A stretch of 64,000 bases of DNA from Leptospiraceae bacterium (GCA_040217195.1 JAVJNR010000008.1:32001-96000), one strand, 5' to 3'. Numbered from the stretch's first letter, positions 30,244 to 41,015 are shown. Numbers and translations: made by a program. Notes: generated from the sequence alone by a model not told the origin.

Positions 30244-31599
30244 TTACTGGTTGCGGCCCAGGCGAATATAATTTCTAGTGTGAATCCCCACTGAACGAAA
30301 TAACGGTAGCAACTTCTGGCTCAGAGCTTCTGCTTTTCCGTTCTTTTTCAGCTGCTCGAACATGTCTTCTTCAGGTTCTACGCCTTCATATGTATACTCA
30401 GGATCATGAGCCACTGTCTCGGGCAGGGCCTCTTCCAGAAGACTATCCAGGTCCGATGCTGCGGATGCAGATTCCCCTGCTATTATGCTTCGAATGTAGC
30501 CAGGCTCTTTGTAGTCGTATTCTGCGTCATGGGAGTCATCGGCCAGTGCCTGGAAAGCAGGCCTGGTTTCAGCTCCGTTTCTATAATCATGCAACATCAG
30601 ATTTCTCTGAAAATTTTCCAGAGCAAGGTGACGATTGGTTAGTAATTGCACTGCATTGCTCTGGGGACCGCTCATGCCCACTGTATTGAGCAGGTTGATC
30701 CAGATCATTCCGGCCGATGAGCGAGATGGCATAACTGTGGCATGATAGGGCTGAGTAAGATCCTGGACGTAATGCAATCCCCATCCCAGGAATCGGTAGC
30801 CCCAGTAATCATGACCTGTTTTGAAAGCGAATTGTGCAAGTCTCAAGTATTGCAGGGCCCGGTACTGGGCAAAGGTCCGTTTCAGGAACCCCGCCAGAGC
30901 ATAGATCATCGCCGATTCGTGATAGAAACCCATATGAAAGGGGGCCTGACTGGAATATTCCAGTGACGGATTCCCGAATGGCTGAATTCCAAAACCGTAA
31001 TTCTCTGCCTCCGGTCCTTCATTATCCTCGAACAGTGCAATATCGTGGCCGTAATCCGGTTCATCGCTGGCAGATACCAGTACATCCCGGGCAGAAATGG
31101 CCGTGCCCGGTGCGGTTTCGCAGAAAGGGACACCTTTCAGATAATCCACTTCCTGTAAGAAGGTAATCTGCCTGTACGGAACACTTTTACAGCTTGCTGG
31201 AACATGGCCGGGCACATACTGGGCATAGTTCAGTAGCCGAGTTTTTTGATTGATTCGGATAGCCTTCAAGAAGGCAAGACGGATGTCCTGCGCTGCAGGA
31301 TCAAATGTCAGTGCGGATGGCATACCAGGGTAGGAAGGTATACTCTTGAATTCTTCTTCCATTGCTATAAGTGCCTGTTGCAGGCCCGGCCCTTCGGCGC
31401 GAAGAAAGCTTTCGAGAGACTCCACCTGCACTTTTCTGGATAGCGATGGCATGGAATCCGTGGCTGCATAGGTAAGTAACGTATGCTCCCACCAGGCAAG
31501 AGCTGGGGCAGGAGAAATTATGGCAATCAGGATGGGAACCAGACAGATTGCGCGAACGCTCCATTTAAAATTGGGCCAGGTAGATTTTGATTCTGTCAT
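30244..31599 (-). CDS. secreted Zn-dependent phospholipase C / P1 nuclease-like protein
   Basis: Signal peptide ending ALA-W, then W..H, EPD, H, GWGLHYVQDLTQPYHA, H...E metal-ligand pattern. Confidence 0.7.
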   Translation of the reverse strand: MTESKSTWPNFKWSVRAICLVPILIAIISPAPALAWWEHTLLTYAATDSMPSLSRKVQVESLESFLRAEGPGLQQALIAMEEEFKSIPSYPGMPSALTFDPAAQDIRLAFLKAIRINQKTRLLNYAQYVPGHVPASCKSVPYRQITFLQEVDYLKGVPFCETAPGTAISARDVLVSASDEPDYGHDIALFEDNEGPEAENYGFGIQPFGNPSLEYSSQAPFHMGFYHESAMIYALAGFLKRTFAQYRALQYLRLAQFAFKTGHDYWGYRFLGWGLHYVQDLTQPYHATVMPSRSSAGMIWINLLNTVGMSGPQSNAVQLLTNRHLALENFQRNLMLHDYRNGAETRPAFQALADDSHDAEYDYKEPGYIRSIIAGESASAASDLDSLLEEALPETVAHDPEYTYEGVEPEEDMFEQLKKNGKAEALSQKLLPLFRSVGIHTRNYIRLGRNQ

Positions 31600-31705
31600 T
31601 TTGCTGTTCCGGAGATTTATTTACATCCACAGCGCTGCGTAACGGGAATGAAAACGGGCTGAATTGCTTTTTCAATGTGGATGATTTAGTTCTTTAGAGT
31701 CCAGT

Positions 31706-32185
31706 CTATACCGGTGGCAACCCGGCCGCCCGACGCCAGGCGCTTAGCTGCCCCAGATGAATCCCCTGGTGGGCCAGCATAATGTAGCCCAGAGCCATCC
31801 CGGAGATGGGCATACTTTCCTGCCATCGCTGGAGCCGCACAGGCTGTTTCAGAGCTTCTTCGCCCAGGGTTTGCAATAGTCTTGCGGCCCCTTCATTACC
31901 TTCTTTGAACTCAGAAGCCAATTCCTTTCTTCCTGCATAGAGGGAAGGATTCGTTTCCGGTTTGGATTTCATACCAAATGTATGATCCCTGGGATCCGGA
32001 AACTCTTCTCCTTTCATCAGATGCTGCATCACCGGTAGATAAAGGTTCAGATGGCTAAGAATCCAGGCAGGATGATTCATGTTTGCTTCTGGCTGCAAAA
32101 TCATCTGTTCATCACTCAAATCTGCCACCAGTTTTGAGCCGTATTCAATAATCTTTGAATGTCCAATTAGAATTACATCAATCAC
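31706..32185 (-). CDS. DinB-family protein
   Basis: NHPAWILSHL and H...HLGQLSAWRR..GLP. Confidence 0.88.
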   Translation of the reverse strand: MIDVILIGHSKIIEYGSKLVADLSDEQMILQPEANMNHPAWILSHLNLYLPVMQHLMKGEEFPDPRDHTFGMKSKPETNPSLYAGRKELASEFKEGNEGAARLLQTLGEEALKQPVRLQRWQESMPISGMALGYIMLAHQGIHLGQLSAWRRAAGLPPV

Positions 32186-32253
32186 CGTGCGATGAAGTCT
32201 TCAGTGCCAGAATATGTCAAGAGTAGTCGAAAGAGCACTCACCAAATTTTCCA

Positions 32254-33003
32254 TTACAGTTTCCCATTCTTTCTTTCAGATATATCTTTTATGAAATAGG
32301 GAAGGTACAGAATGCAAAAAAAGACCAGGGCCAGAAGCAACATGAATATTAAATAGTAAGGCCAGGCGGGCAGTGCATCGAGCAGGCTGGCTGAGCCAGG
32401 CTTGTAGCAAAGAAAGAAATAATTACCCACTTTATAAGGAGGAAGGAATTGCATCAGATAATTCAACCCTCCGACTATGGGACCGATCACGACCAGAAAA
32501 ATCAATGCACGGAGAATGGAAACCGGATGTGGTCTATACTTTTCCGCGGAAATCAGAAATACAACCGCTACCAGAATCAGCCCATGGCTGAGAAATAGCT
32601 GAATGAAGCGAAAATGAGGAAATCCATGCTGCAAATATGGTGTGATTAATGCCTGCAGGGAACCTGCAATTCCGGCAAAATACATTATCTCAAATAGAAG
32701 ATAGCTCCTGGTCCAGAGCATGATTGCTGAAAGTAGAATACTCAGGCCGCATAGATGCAGGGGCAGGTTTTCTGTGGGATTGAACTGGGTAAATCCTTTG
32801 CTTCCCCAGACGGTAATGGCTACCTCGTTGAGCACCAGTAATCCGGCTATGATATGAGCTCCTGTGTTCCGGGTTGCCCTGGATGCATTTCTGAAGAAAA
32901 AATAGGTCCAGAGTAATAAAGCCAGCAGGGCAAAAAGTGTTAGCCAGTGGGCCAGGCCAAACATTACGAAACTGGAATGCACCTCATAACTGAAAAATTG
33001 CAT
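32254..33003 (-). CDS. YwaF/TIGR02206-like integral membrane protein
   Basis: LPLHLC, QALITP, FPHFRF..F..H, NYFFL..KP...SLLD...WPYY. Confidence 0.85.
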   Translation of the reverse strand: MQFFSYEVHSSFVMFGLAHWLTLFALLALLLWTYFFFRNASRATRNTGAHIIAGLLVLNEVAITVWGSKGFTQFNPTENLPLHLCGLSILLSAIMLWTRSYLLFEIMYFAGIAGSLQALITPYLQHGFPHFRFIQLFLSHGLILVAVVFLISAEKYRPHPVSILRALIFLVVIGPIVGGLNYLMQFLPPYKVGNYFFLCYKPGSASLLDALPAWPYYLIFMLLLALVFFCILYLPYFIKDISERKNGKL

Positions 33004-33144
33004 ACTACACCTGTCTGCCAGATAGCACCGAGCGAATGATCCAGAAACGCCGGGGTCTCTAATTATACATCCCCGGGCCTATCATTCAAACCAATTTTGC
33101 TTGAATGGCTTCTCCTTAGTCCCTGGACAATGGTGCTGTGCAGC

Positions 33145-33180
33145 AAAAAAAGGAAAGCCGAGCGATTCCGCCCGGCTTCT
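33145..33180 (-). terminator. intrinsic terminator after the RRM gene
   Basis: Minus strand reads AGAAGCCGGGCG-GAAT-CGCTCGGCTTTCC-TTTTTTT. Confidence 0.75.
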
Positions 33181-33213
33181 CTATTCAAAGTTTAAGAATG
33201 TAACGTTAACTGA

Positions 33214-33492
33214 TTACCAGTCTCTGTTTCGGCCACCGCCGCCACCGGCGTTTCGGGGCTGGGCTTCATTCACTCGAATGTTTCGGCCATCAACTTCCTG
33301 ACCGTCGAAAGTAGAGATTGCTTTGATTCCTTCAGATTTGTCAGACATTTCCACGAATCCGAATCCCTTGGATCGACCGGTTTCCCGATCAATAATGATT
33401 TTGGCGCTTACAACATCGCCACAGCTGGAAAAGAGGCTTCTCAGAGAATCCTCGGTTGTTCCATAGTTAAGGTTTCCTACATACAGGTTCAT
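33214..33492 (-). CDS. RRM RNA-binding protein
   Basis: RNP2 LYVGNL, RNP1 KGFGFVEM, Gly-rich tail. Confidence 0.96.
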   Translation of the reverse strand: MNLYVGNLNYGTTEDSLRSLFSSCGDVVSAKIIIDRETGRSKGFGFVEMSDKSEGIKAISTFDGQEVDGRNIRVNEAQPRNAGGGGGRNRDW

Positions 33493-33844
33493 AGTTTGCT
33501 CCAGGCATCATTTTATGGGCTTTCTGCATTAAAAATCCAGTAAGCCGGCAGGGCCCATCCCAGGAGGGAAAGCCAGTCCCTTGCGGGCTGCCTTAAATGA
33601 ATCGAAGTTGTAAGGAATAAAAAACGCGAAGTCAGGACAGAAAAGTCTAGGACGGAGAGAGAAATATTCAACACAAAACCTAATTCATTTAACCGCCGTC
33701 AATATCTCATCTGGCTTTTTATCGTCAACACTTAACGACAAAAATAGAATACAGGCCCGGAAATTTATGCGAATGCATCCCGGGCCGAACCGGCAATACG
33801 GTAACAGGGGCAAAATTTATGCAAATTGCGCTGTGCGAAGTCAA

Positions 33845-34351
33845 TCAGGCGCTACGCCGACTGCTCAGGGCTTCTGCATCCTGCAGGCCTTGCTTCCATT
33901 GTAAGCCCCAGCGAAAGCCGCCCGAATTGCCACCGGCACTAACAGCTCTATGACAGGGGATGATGGCTGCGATCTGATTGGCTCCGCAGGCCTGTCCCAC
34001 GGCTCGAGCAGCCCCTGGACGACCCAGGCTATTGGCTATTTCACCATAGGTTCTGGTCTGACCTGCGGGAATCTTCTGTAACGCAATCCAGACAGATTTC
34101 TGAAAATCGGTACCCTGCAGATCCAGCGGGAAATCTCCGGCCGGAACTAAATGGATTGGATCCAGGACAGGCTCGAATTCCAGGGCTTCCTTTAGATGGG
34201 TTTCTGGAAAAGCGGCTTTCAGTTCTTCCAGGAGTGTCTCCTGATTGGCCCCCAGAAACAATGCGCAGATTCCGCGAGAGGAGCGCCCAACTATGGCCCA
34301 TCCTTTCTGCAGATTTTCGAAATGATACTCTATTGATGTGGTAACGGACAT
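33845..34351 (-). CDS. ogt: methylated-DNA--protein-cysteine methyltransferase
   Basis: GTDFQKSVW, IP.G.T.TYGEIA, ARAVG.ACGAN, IPCHR active site. Confidence 0.9.
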   Translation of the reverse strand: MSVTTSIEYHFENLQKGWAIVGRSSRGICALFLGANQETLLEELKAAFPETHLKEALEFEPVLDPIHLVPAGDFPLDLQGTDFQKSVWIALQKIPAGQTRTYGEIANSLGRPGAARAVGQACGANQIAAIIPCHRAVSAGGNSGGFRWGLQWKQGLQDAEALSSRRSA

Positions 34352-34493
34352 GTTCCCAATATACCTGACTACTGTGACATATTTCCAGCGAAATTCCCGA
34401 TAAATCGGTCAATATTTCCCGGTTTTTAGGAATTGAAGACCTGTATCCGGTAAAAGCCTTGCGGTCTGACTTTTCCAGGATAGAATCCGCTCC

Positions 34494-34760
34494 ATGATTA
34501 AGAAGAGTGTAAGCCTGATAGCAGGAGCCTTGCTTTTTGCGGCAGTATCCTGTGGTGGCGGAAGTGGAAGTGGGGGAGATCCGAAAATTGGAGACTCCTG
34601 TGAAGGAATCAGTGCTGTAGAAGCTCGAATTGCCTGTAGCGAGAACAATATCATCTTTTGTTCTTCCTACACCGATTACGAATACAAACTACAGAGCGAA
34701 TGCGGCGAAGGTCGAACCTGTGAGGTGGCCGCTGACGAAAAGTCTGCTAGCTGCAAATAA
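34494..34760 (+). CDS. small cysteine-rich lipoprotein
   Basis: Signal with lipobox AAVSC, Gly/Ser linker, six further Cys; own terminator. Confidence 0.8.
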   Translation: MIKKSVSLIAGALLFAAVSCGGGSGSGGDPKIGDSCEGISAVEARIACSENNIIFCSSYTDYEYKLQSECGEGRTCEVAADEKSASCK

Positions 34761-34763
34761 GAC

Positions 34764-34798
34764 ACTGCCACCGTGCCAGGGTGCGGTGGCAGTCTTTT
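34764..34798 (+). terminator. intrinsic terminator
   Basis: ACTGCCACCG...CGGTGGCAGT-CTTTT between convergent genes. Confidence 0.7.
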
Positions 34799-34804
34799 GT
34801 GTAT

Positions 34805-36751
34805 TCAGTAATCCCCTTCATTGGGAACCATTCCTGCTGCAGCCGGTTGGAATTCCGGCATGGTTGTTGCTTTGCTGGTAACATTGGGTCGTGCAGCACC
34901 AGCCAGGGAGGATTCTACAGATTGTAACACCGCTCGAATTCTGGACTCCGCCTCTCCCTGAATGTGGCCTGTTTCCAGCTGTTTTTCCAGAAATCTTCTC
35001 AGTCGTGCAGACCGGCCTCTCCAGTTAAAGTCGATGGGATACAAAAGTAATTTTGAATCGCCATGCTCAACTGTCTTGAATCCATGGGACTCTACAAAAG
35101 ACTCCAGGCGATGACCATCCGGCAGTAAAGCAGCCACCTCTGAAATCCTGGGCGGCAAATGCTCTTCGTAGATGGAGCGATCCACAATATCTATGATTCG
35201 TCGCGCAAATTCCATGGTCTCTGCCTGGGCTGCTTTCTCCTTGCGCTGAATGATCCTCTGACGATCCGCTGTATCCCTTTTCTTTTGATTTCTGGTGGAT
35301 AAATTCTCCTGCTCTTCGGAGATTCTTTTCTTTGCTCCCTGAAAGGCAGAGTCAGTAAATCCCCGCAGTCCCAGAAGAAGTAGCAATCGAAAATACCAGG
35401 GGATGCGACTCCAATAGGCTTTTCTCAATAATTGTCCATATGAATCCAGAAACTCAGTATCGTAGAATAAAGAATGCAAAGCGGCTTCATGGCGGTCAAT
35501 CAGTGCGCGAAAGGCAAGAATTTTCCAGTGCTCTTCTGAGTTCGCTGACAGAAGCATTTTTACAAGAGGCGGAAACAATGCCACATCGTTTCTGGTAAGA
35601 ACATTGCATGTGCCATTGCTGCGCTCATACGTTGCATGTAGAAAATCCACCCCGGATACGATTCTTTGCCAGACTTCAGGAGTTATTTCTGCAAGATCTT
35701 CTTCTTCGAAGAATTTTAAGCGCTCGGCCAGCGGTACGTCCGAACCTACAATACTGTTTCGCACCTCTTTGTATTCTCGATCCCGGTCCATCTTCCAGAT
35801 TTCTTCGTAAGCTTTTTCTGCATCTCTATGAAGCCCCAGGATAATTTCCAGAGTCAGGGATCCAGCAATTCGATTCTTACGGTCGATGCCACTCATTAGA
35901 TGCTTTTTTACAGCGCTGGCTTTTTTAAATCCAAAGTCTGCAGTTTTACGTACGAAGCCATCCAGGTAGTAGCTTTCTTCACTGGATTGTATGGATTTTA
36001 TTTCTGAATAGAGCTCTCGCTGACTTCTAAAATGGGGAACCAGGGTCTGGTTCAAGAATTCCTGAGCTATTTCAAATCTGCGAATAAGCTCCTCCGCTCG
36101 CACTGGCATCCAGCCATATTCGACTAGAGGCAATACTATCTTTCGACGAAGCAGCTCCTCTGTAAGGATTTCAGTTGCATGATGGATTAATTCACTGTTT
36201 GGAACAAAATCGAAGTTCGCCGGATCCAGGGCTTGAAGTGGTGAAAAAAGGGTGGAGGTTAGCTTCTCAGGAGGTGGAGGTCTTTCGGACTTAAAATCCA
36301 GTTCGAGATCTTTTAGCATACTCTGCCGATCCAGACCCGGAGAAGTCTTTACATAACTTTCGATGGAATCCACAGATTGCATTAGCAAGTCTTTATAGAG
36401 CTGTTCTGTGGTGAGCCGGGCATCCTCCGGCCTTGCGATGTAGCATGGAATTAGTTTCAATCCATGAGCTGTGGGATCGAACTTAATCAAGAATAGCTGA
36501 GTGATTAGCCTTTCTTTGATCAGTTCTTCCAGAACATCCTGAATTCCGGATTGTCCGTATTCCAGGGTTCCCAGCTGGGGGATGTGATATCCGATATAGA
36601 AATAATTGCCTGATTTCAGCTGATCCGTATGCGAAAACTGGCGAATGGTCTGGAATACTGCATGGGGAATCTTTTCCGATAGGTTCGCTCCCCGGGCCAT
36701 GGCCTCAGCTTCAGTTCTGAGTTGTAAGAATTCTAATTCTTCCATTGGCAT
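34805..36751 (-). CDS. hypothetical protein (648 aa)
   Basis: Long ORF, mostly helical, with a hydrophobic patch (IPWYFRLLLLLGL) followed by a coiled coil; no family recognised. Confidence 0.8.
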   Translation of the reverse strand: MPMEELEFLQLRTEAEAMARGANLSEKIPHAVFQTIRQFSHTDQLKSGNYFYIGYHIPQLGTLEYGQSGIQDVLEELIKERLITQLFLIKFDPTAHGLKLIPCYIARPEDARLTTEQLYKDLLMQSVDSIESYVKTSPGLDRQSMLKDLELDFKSERPPPPEKLTSTLFSPLQALDPANFDFVPNSELIHHATEILTEELLRRKIVLPLVEYGWMPVRAEELIRRFEIAQEFLNQTLVPHFRSQRELYSEIKSIQSSEESYYLDGFVRKTADFGFKKASAVKKHLMSGIDRKNRIAGSLTLEIILGLHRDAEKAYEEIWKMDRDREYKEVRNSIVGSDVPLAERLKFFEEEDLAEITPEVWQRIVSGVDFLHATYERSNGTCNVLTRNDVALFPPLVKMLLSANSEEHWKILAFRALIDRHEAALHSLFYDTEFLDSYGQLLRKAYWSRIPWYFRLLLLLGLRGFTDSAFQGAKKRISEEQENLSTRNQKKRDTADRQRIIQRKEKAAQAETMEFARRIIDIVDRSIYEEHLPPRISEVAALLPDGHRLESFVESHGFKTVEHGDSKLLLYPIDFNWRGRSARLRRFLEKQLETGHIQGEAESRIRAVLQSVESSLAGAARPNVTSKATTMPEFQPAAAGMVPNEGDY

Positions 36752-36959
36752 TTAGCCTTCAAATTCGCGGGCCGGGCCCGCTTCGGATCGGTCTGTAGCG
36801 GATTTTTTTCGGGGAAAACTCCAGGGAGGTTCCGCTTTTTATCGTCTATCAAATGGGGAGATGCGTCTTTTTTTAGTACGCTTTATATGATTACCCGCCG
36901 GATGTAGCAAGTGTTATTTTCCCGTTCACTGTGGAGCTGAAAGGCAAAATCCAAAGGAA

Positions 36960-36988
36960 TTGACTTCTTTGTGCCAAAACCGTAGATT
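36960..36988 (+). promoter_or_regulatory. putative sigma70 promoter of pepN
   Basis: TTGACT-17 bp-TAGATT, then AGGA before ATG 37006. Confidence 0.55.
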
Positions 36989-37005
36989 TCAGTCAGGAAT
37001 CCTAC

Positions 37006-39768
37006 ATGAATACAGCTTCTGCCCCTGAAAAGACCCAGCCTGAAATGGTACGATTGGCCGATTATAGGCCACCAGCCTTTTCCACCCAGAGGGTAGAGCT
37101 CAGATTTCAAATATTTACAGACCATACCCTGGTCCGCTCCCATGTGAAATATTTCCGTACCGAGGATGGTACGGCAGATGAATTTCTGGTTCTGGATGCC
37201 CAGGATCCCAATCCAGAGACAGGAAAATTTATTCAGCAGATTCAAAGGGATGGAAATGAACTTACGGGTATTGCCTGCCAGGGAGACCCCGGAAACGATC
37301 CTCAAAGCTACTATATTGATTCGAATACGGATAAAATCTATATACCCATGGCCCGGGGTACAGATCAGGTGGAGCTGATTATTGATACCTACCTGGAGCC
37401 GCAGCACAATTCCGCTCTTTCCGGATTCTATAAAAGTGATCGCTGCTTTGTTACTCAGTGCGAATCCGAAGGATTCCGGCGGATTACTCCTTTTCTGGAT
37501 CGTCCGGATGTTATGGCTACCTATGTAGTAACCATTGAAGCCCCGGAAGACCTGTGCCCGACTTTAATTTCGAACGGAAATGAAGTAGAAAAGATACAGC
37601 TGGGCGATGGACGTCATAGGGCCCGCTTTGAAGATCCCTGGCCCAAGCCATCCTATTTATTCGCAACAGCCAATGGCCAGCTGGACTGGATTGAAGATCA
37701 ATTTGAAACAATGGGCGGCCGTATAGTTCGACTGCGTGTGTACACCGATACTTCCAGTGCTGAAAAAGGCTGGCATGCCATGGATGCATTGAAGCGTGCC
37801 ATGAAATGGGATGAGCAGACCTTCGGATGCGAATATGATTTGAACGATTATGGAGTAGTGGCAGTGTCCAGGTTTTCCATGGGTGCTATGGAAAACAAAG
37901 GACTGAATGTATTTCGCGATAGCCTGGTGCTGGCCAGTGCTCAGACGGCCACCGACGATGACTACCAGAACATCATCGATGTCATAGGCCATGAATACTT
38001 TCACAATTATTCCGGTAATCGTATTACCAACCGTAACTGGTTTAACTTAAGCCTGAAGGAAGGTCTTACCGTTAATCGGGAACAGCTATTTACGGCATTC
38101 ACTACTTCATCGGCCATAGAAAGAATTAGTGCTGTTCAGGTACTGCGAAGGGGCCAGTTTCCTGAAGACGATGGGCCCAATTCGCATCCGGTCATGCCTG
38201 CGGAGATTCGGGCTATAGACAACATTTATTCAGCCACAGTCTACATAAAAGGATCGGAAGTCATTCGGATGATGAAAGTAATGATGGGTGAGCAAAAGTT
38301 CATTGAGGGCGTGAAACATTATTTTAGTACTTACGATGGCCAGGCAGTTACCATCGCAGAATTTGTCAGTAGCATGGAGGCTGTATCCGGTCTGGATTTA
38401 TCCGGGCAGTTCAATCTCTGGTACACCCAGTCAGGAAGACCACATGTAAAAGCCAGGGGACAATATGATGCAGATTCCAGAACCTACAGATTGTTTTTGA
38501 GTCAGCATACCGAACCGACTAGAGATCAAGCTGTAAAGAAAGCGATGCTCATTCCGGTGCAGTCGGCTCTGGTATCGCATAACGGAAAAAACATAACTTT
38601 CAGATTGGCTCCGGAGTCCTCTAAAATGGAGGAAGGTGTGCTTATGCTGACGGAAGCGGAGCAGTCCTTTACTTTTTACGATGTCTCTGAAGAGCCGGCC
38701 TTTCACTCCCTGTTGAGGGGCCTTTCGGCTCCCGTGGATCTTGATCCAGGACTCACCGAGGAGCAACTACATCGGCAGCTTCGCAGCGATACTGATGGAT
38801 TCAATCGCTGGGATGCAGGCCAGAAGCTGGCCATAGCGGAAATGGAAAGGCTGTATCGATATGCCAGGGAATCGGGAAGTTTGCCCGAAGTGTCCCGGGC
38901 CTTCCTGGAAAGCATAGCCAGCAACATAGAGGCAGATCTGGAACCCAATCTGAAATCTGTGGCTCTTTCATTACCTGCTATTTCGGAACTGGAGCATCGA
39001 ATCAAGCCAGTGGATCCTCAGATTCTGCAGCGGGTCACCGAGCAGCTTAGGGAGACTCTGGCCAGCGCTCTTCGGTCGAAATGGGAAGAATTGCTCAAAG
39101 AATCTCTGACCAACAATGGACAAGCCTATGAGTTCAACTACACAGGCACCGGTCTGCGTAGATTGAAGCGACTTGCATTACAGTATCTCTGTGAATCCGG
39201 CAACCCGGGCGACCTGGAAAGAGCCAGGCATATATATGAAAAAGCAGATAACATGACCGATAGAACGGCAGTCATGTCTGCTCTTGCGAATCATGCAGGT
39301 ACCGATCGAAAAGCAGTCTATGAGGACTTTTTTCAGAGGTTTAAATCGGATTCGCTTACGATTCAAAAATACTTCGCATACCGGGCCAGCGGTCGATACA
39401 ACGGAGTCATTCAAGAACTGGAGGAATTGCTCAACTCCAGGGAATTCGTCTGGGATATTCCGGGTCATGTTCAGAGCCTGTTTCGAGGCTTCATAGGAAA
39501 CTATGCTCAATTCCATCGACAGGATGGGGCCGGGTATTCATTTCTTGCCAGGGGAATCATTCGCGAAGCCAGAGTGAACGGCACTACAGCGGCAGGCATG
39601 GTGGGACCTCTTGCAAAATGGAAGGACTATGAATCCAGACCTGGAGAAATGATGCTTCAGCAATTGAAAGAGATCAAAGCAAATCTGGATCAAGGGCTGG
39701 CTTCGGGTGAGGTCAAAAAAGTGGATGCATTGCCCATCCTGGACCGGATCGATAGGGCCTTGCCCTGA
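37006..39768 (+). CDS. pepN: aminopeptidase N (M1 family)
   Basis: TQCESEGFRRIT, GAMENKGLN, HEYFHN...LKEG, YSATVYIKG. Confidence 0.96.
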   Translation: MNTASAPEKTQPEMVRLADYRPPAFSTQRVELRFQIFTDHTLVRSHVKYFRTEDGTADEFLVLDAQDPNPETGKFIQQIQRDGNELTGIACQGDPGNDPQSYYIDSNTDKIYIPMARGTDQVELIIDTYLEPQHNSALSGFYKSDRCFVTQCESEGFRRITPFLDRPDVMATYVVTIEAPEDLCPTLISNGNEVEKIQLGDGRHRARFEDPWPKPSYLFATANGQLDWIEDQFETMGGRIVRLRVYTDTSSAEKGWHAMDALKRAMKWDEQTFGCEYDLNDYGVVAVSRFSMGAMENKGLNVFRDSLVLASAQTATDDDYQNIIDVIGHEYFHNYSGNRITNRNWFNLSLKEGLTVNREQLFTAFTTSSAIERISAVQVLRRGQFPEDDGPNSHPVMPAEIRAIDNIYSATVYIKGSEVIRMMKVMMGEQKFIEGVKHYFSTYDGQAVTIAEFVSSMEAVSGLDLSGQFNLWYTQSGRPHVKARGQYDADSRTYRLFLSQHTEPTRDQAVKKAMLIPVQSALVSHNGKNITFRLAPESSKMEEGVLMLTEAEQSFTFYDVSEEPAFHSLLRGLSAPVDLDPGLTEEQLHRQLRSDTDGFNRWDAGQKLAIAEMERLYRYARESGSLPEVSRAFLESIASNIEADLEPNLKSVALSLPAISELEHRIKPVDPQILQRVTEQLRETLASALRSKWEELLKESLTNNGQAYEFNYTGTGLRRLKRLALQYLCESGNPGDLERARHIYEKADNMTDRTAVMSALANHAGTDRKAVYEDFFQRFKSDSLTIQKYFAYRASGRYNGVIQELEELLNSREFVWDIPGHVQSLFRGFIGNYAQFHRQDGAGYSFLARGIIREARVNGTTAAGMVGPLAKWKDYESRPGEMMLQQLKEIKANLDQGLASGEVKKVDALPILDRIDRALP

Positions 39769-39922
39769 ATCAGAGGCAGATCCGGTGGCAGTCGTTCAAT
39801 GGTCTAAAATGCTACCTATGGGACGGAGTTACGCAAATGAAAGCCGGGGATTGGAAAGTCTGCATCCGCGGATCCTATGACATCTGGAGTGAACACGGAT
39901 CATTCCCGGGCATTTCTTAACT

Positions 39923-40867
39923 CTACTCGGATGGCACGTATACCAGGTTTTCTCTGGAAAGGATTCTGGAACCATCCCAGCGATAGGCCATTAGATGGCC
40001 GCCTCTGGCCACACTGTAATCCAGACAACAAACGTTTGGCGCTTCCAGTTGCGGAGGATATCTTTTCCAGTAATGTCCAAAAAATACCGGACGTTCGTGA
40101 GCCGGATAAGATGGGAATTCATCCAGGGCCGGCATGGTTTTTGTTCGGGATGATGGCGCTGGAATAAACAGATAGTCTTCCGGATTTCGGTTTTGCACTA
40201 TTTCTGATCTCTCTGGATCCATCCACCATTTGATTCTGGCGTTACTTCTGACGTTACCGTCCTTGTCTTTAAAGTGCCAGTCTTCCGGTAATTCGCATTC
40301 CTGTCCCTTTAACAGAGAATCTGAAATAGCAAACTCTCTTGTCCCCTTTTCGGAGGCCAGTCGGAGAAAGCACTCATCTATCACTCCGTCCGGATGGCTT
40401 TTTATTAGTTCCTTTATTAGATTTGTATCCCAGGTTGCATGCACGGCGCAAAATTCCTGGTTTTCAAAGAATAGGGGCAGGCTATAGAACCAGAACAGAT
40501 CATTTTCTAAGTCAGAAGATATATTATCTTCTTCGCATTCATAGCTTTCCAGGGTTCGTAGATGCTGATTTCGATTTTTACTATTTCTCTGTCTCAGGTA
40601 GCCACCACTGTTATGGATCGTATGATACTGTAGGGCATTCCATTCATGGTTTCCCATAATGGCCCTGGCATTTCCGGCCTCCACCATGGAGCGAACCAAT
40701 CTCACCACTCCCCGGCTATCCGGTCCTCGATCTATAAAGTCTCCAAGAAAGAAGGCTTTCCTTGAGCTATGTCGATAACTGCCGTTTTGAAAAGCATAGC
40801 CCAGTTTATCGAGCAGGGATTCAAGTGCCTTCAGGTGACCATGGATGTCTCCAATAATGTCGTACAT
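39923..40867 (-). CDS. calcineurin-like metallophosphoesterase
   Basis: IGDIHG, LGDFIDRG, GNHE, VHA, FGHYW, LDYS. Confidence 0.92.
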   Translation of the reverse strand: MYDIIGDIHGHLKALESLLDKLGYAFQNGSYRHSSRKAFFLGDFIDRGPDSRGVVRLVRSMVEAGNARAIMGNHEWNALQYHTIHNSGGYLRQRNSKNRNQHLRTLESYECEEDNISSDLENDLFWFYSLPLFFENQEFCAVHATWDTNLIKELIKSHPDGVIDECFLRLASEKGTREFAISDSLLKGQECELPEDWHFKDKDGNVRSNARIKWWMDPERSEIVQNRNPEDYLFIPAPSSRTKTMPALDEFPSYPAHERPVFFGHYWKRYPPQLEAPNVCCLDYSVARGGHLMAYRWDGSRILSRENLVYVPSE

Positions 40868-41015
40868 TCTGACAGATGGCGCCTACAGGGAAGCGAAAGC
40901 ACAAGTAAAAAAGGGACAGCCCGTAAAACCGCTTCTCTTTGAGTTGAGTCAGCCGGAGGGCGAAAGCTACGGTGAAAAAGAGTCGTCAGGTTTCACAGAG
41001 AGTCCAGAATTTTGC

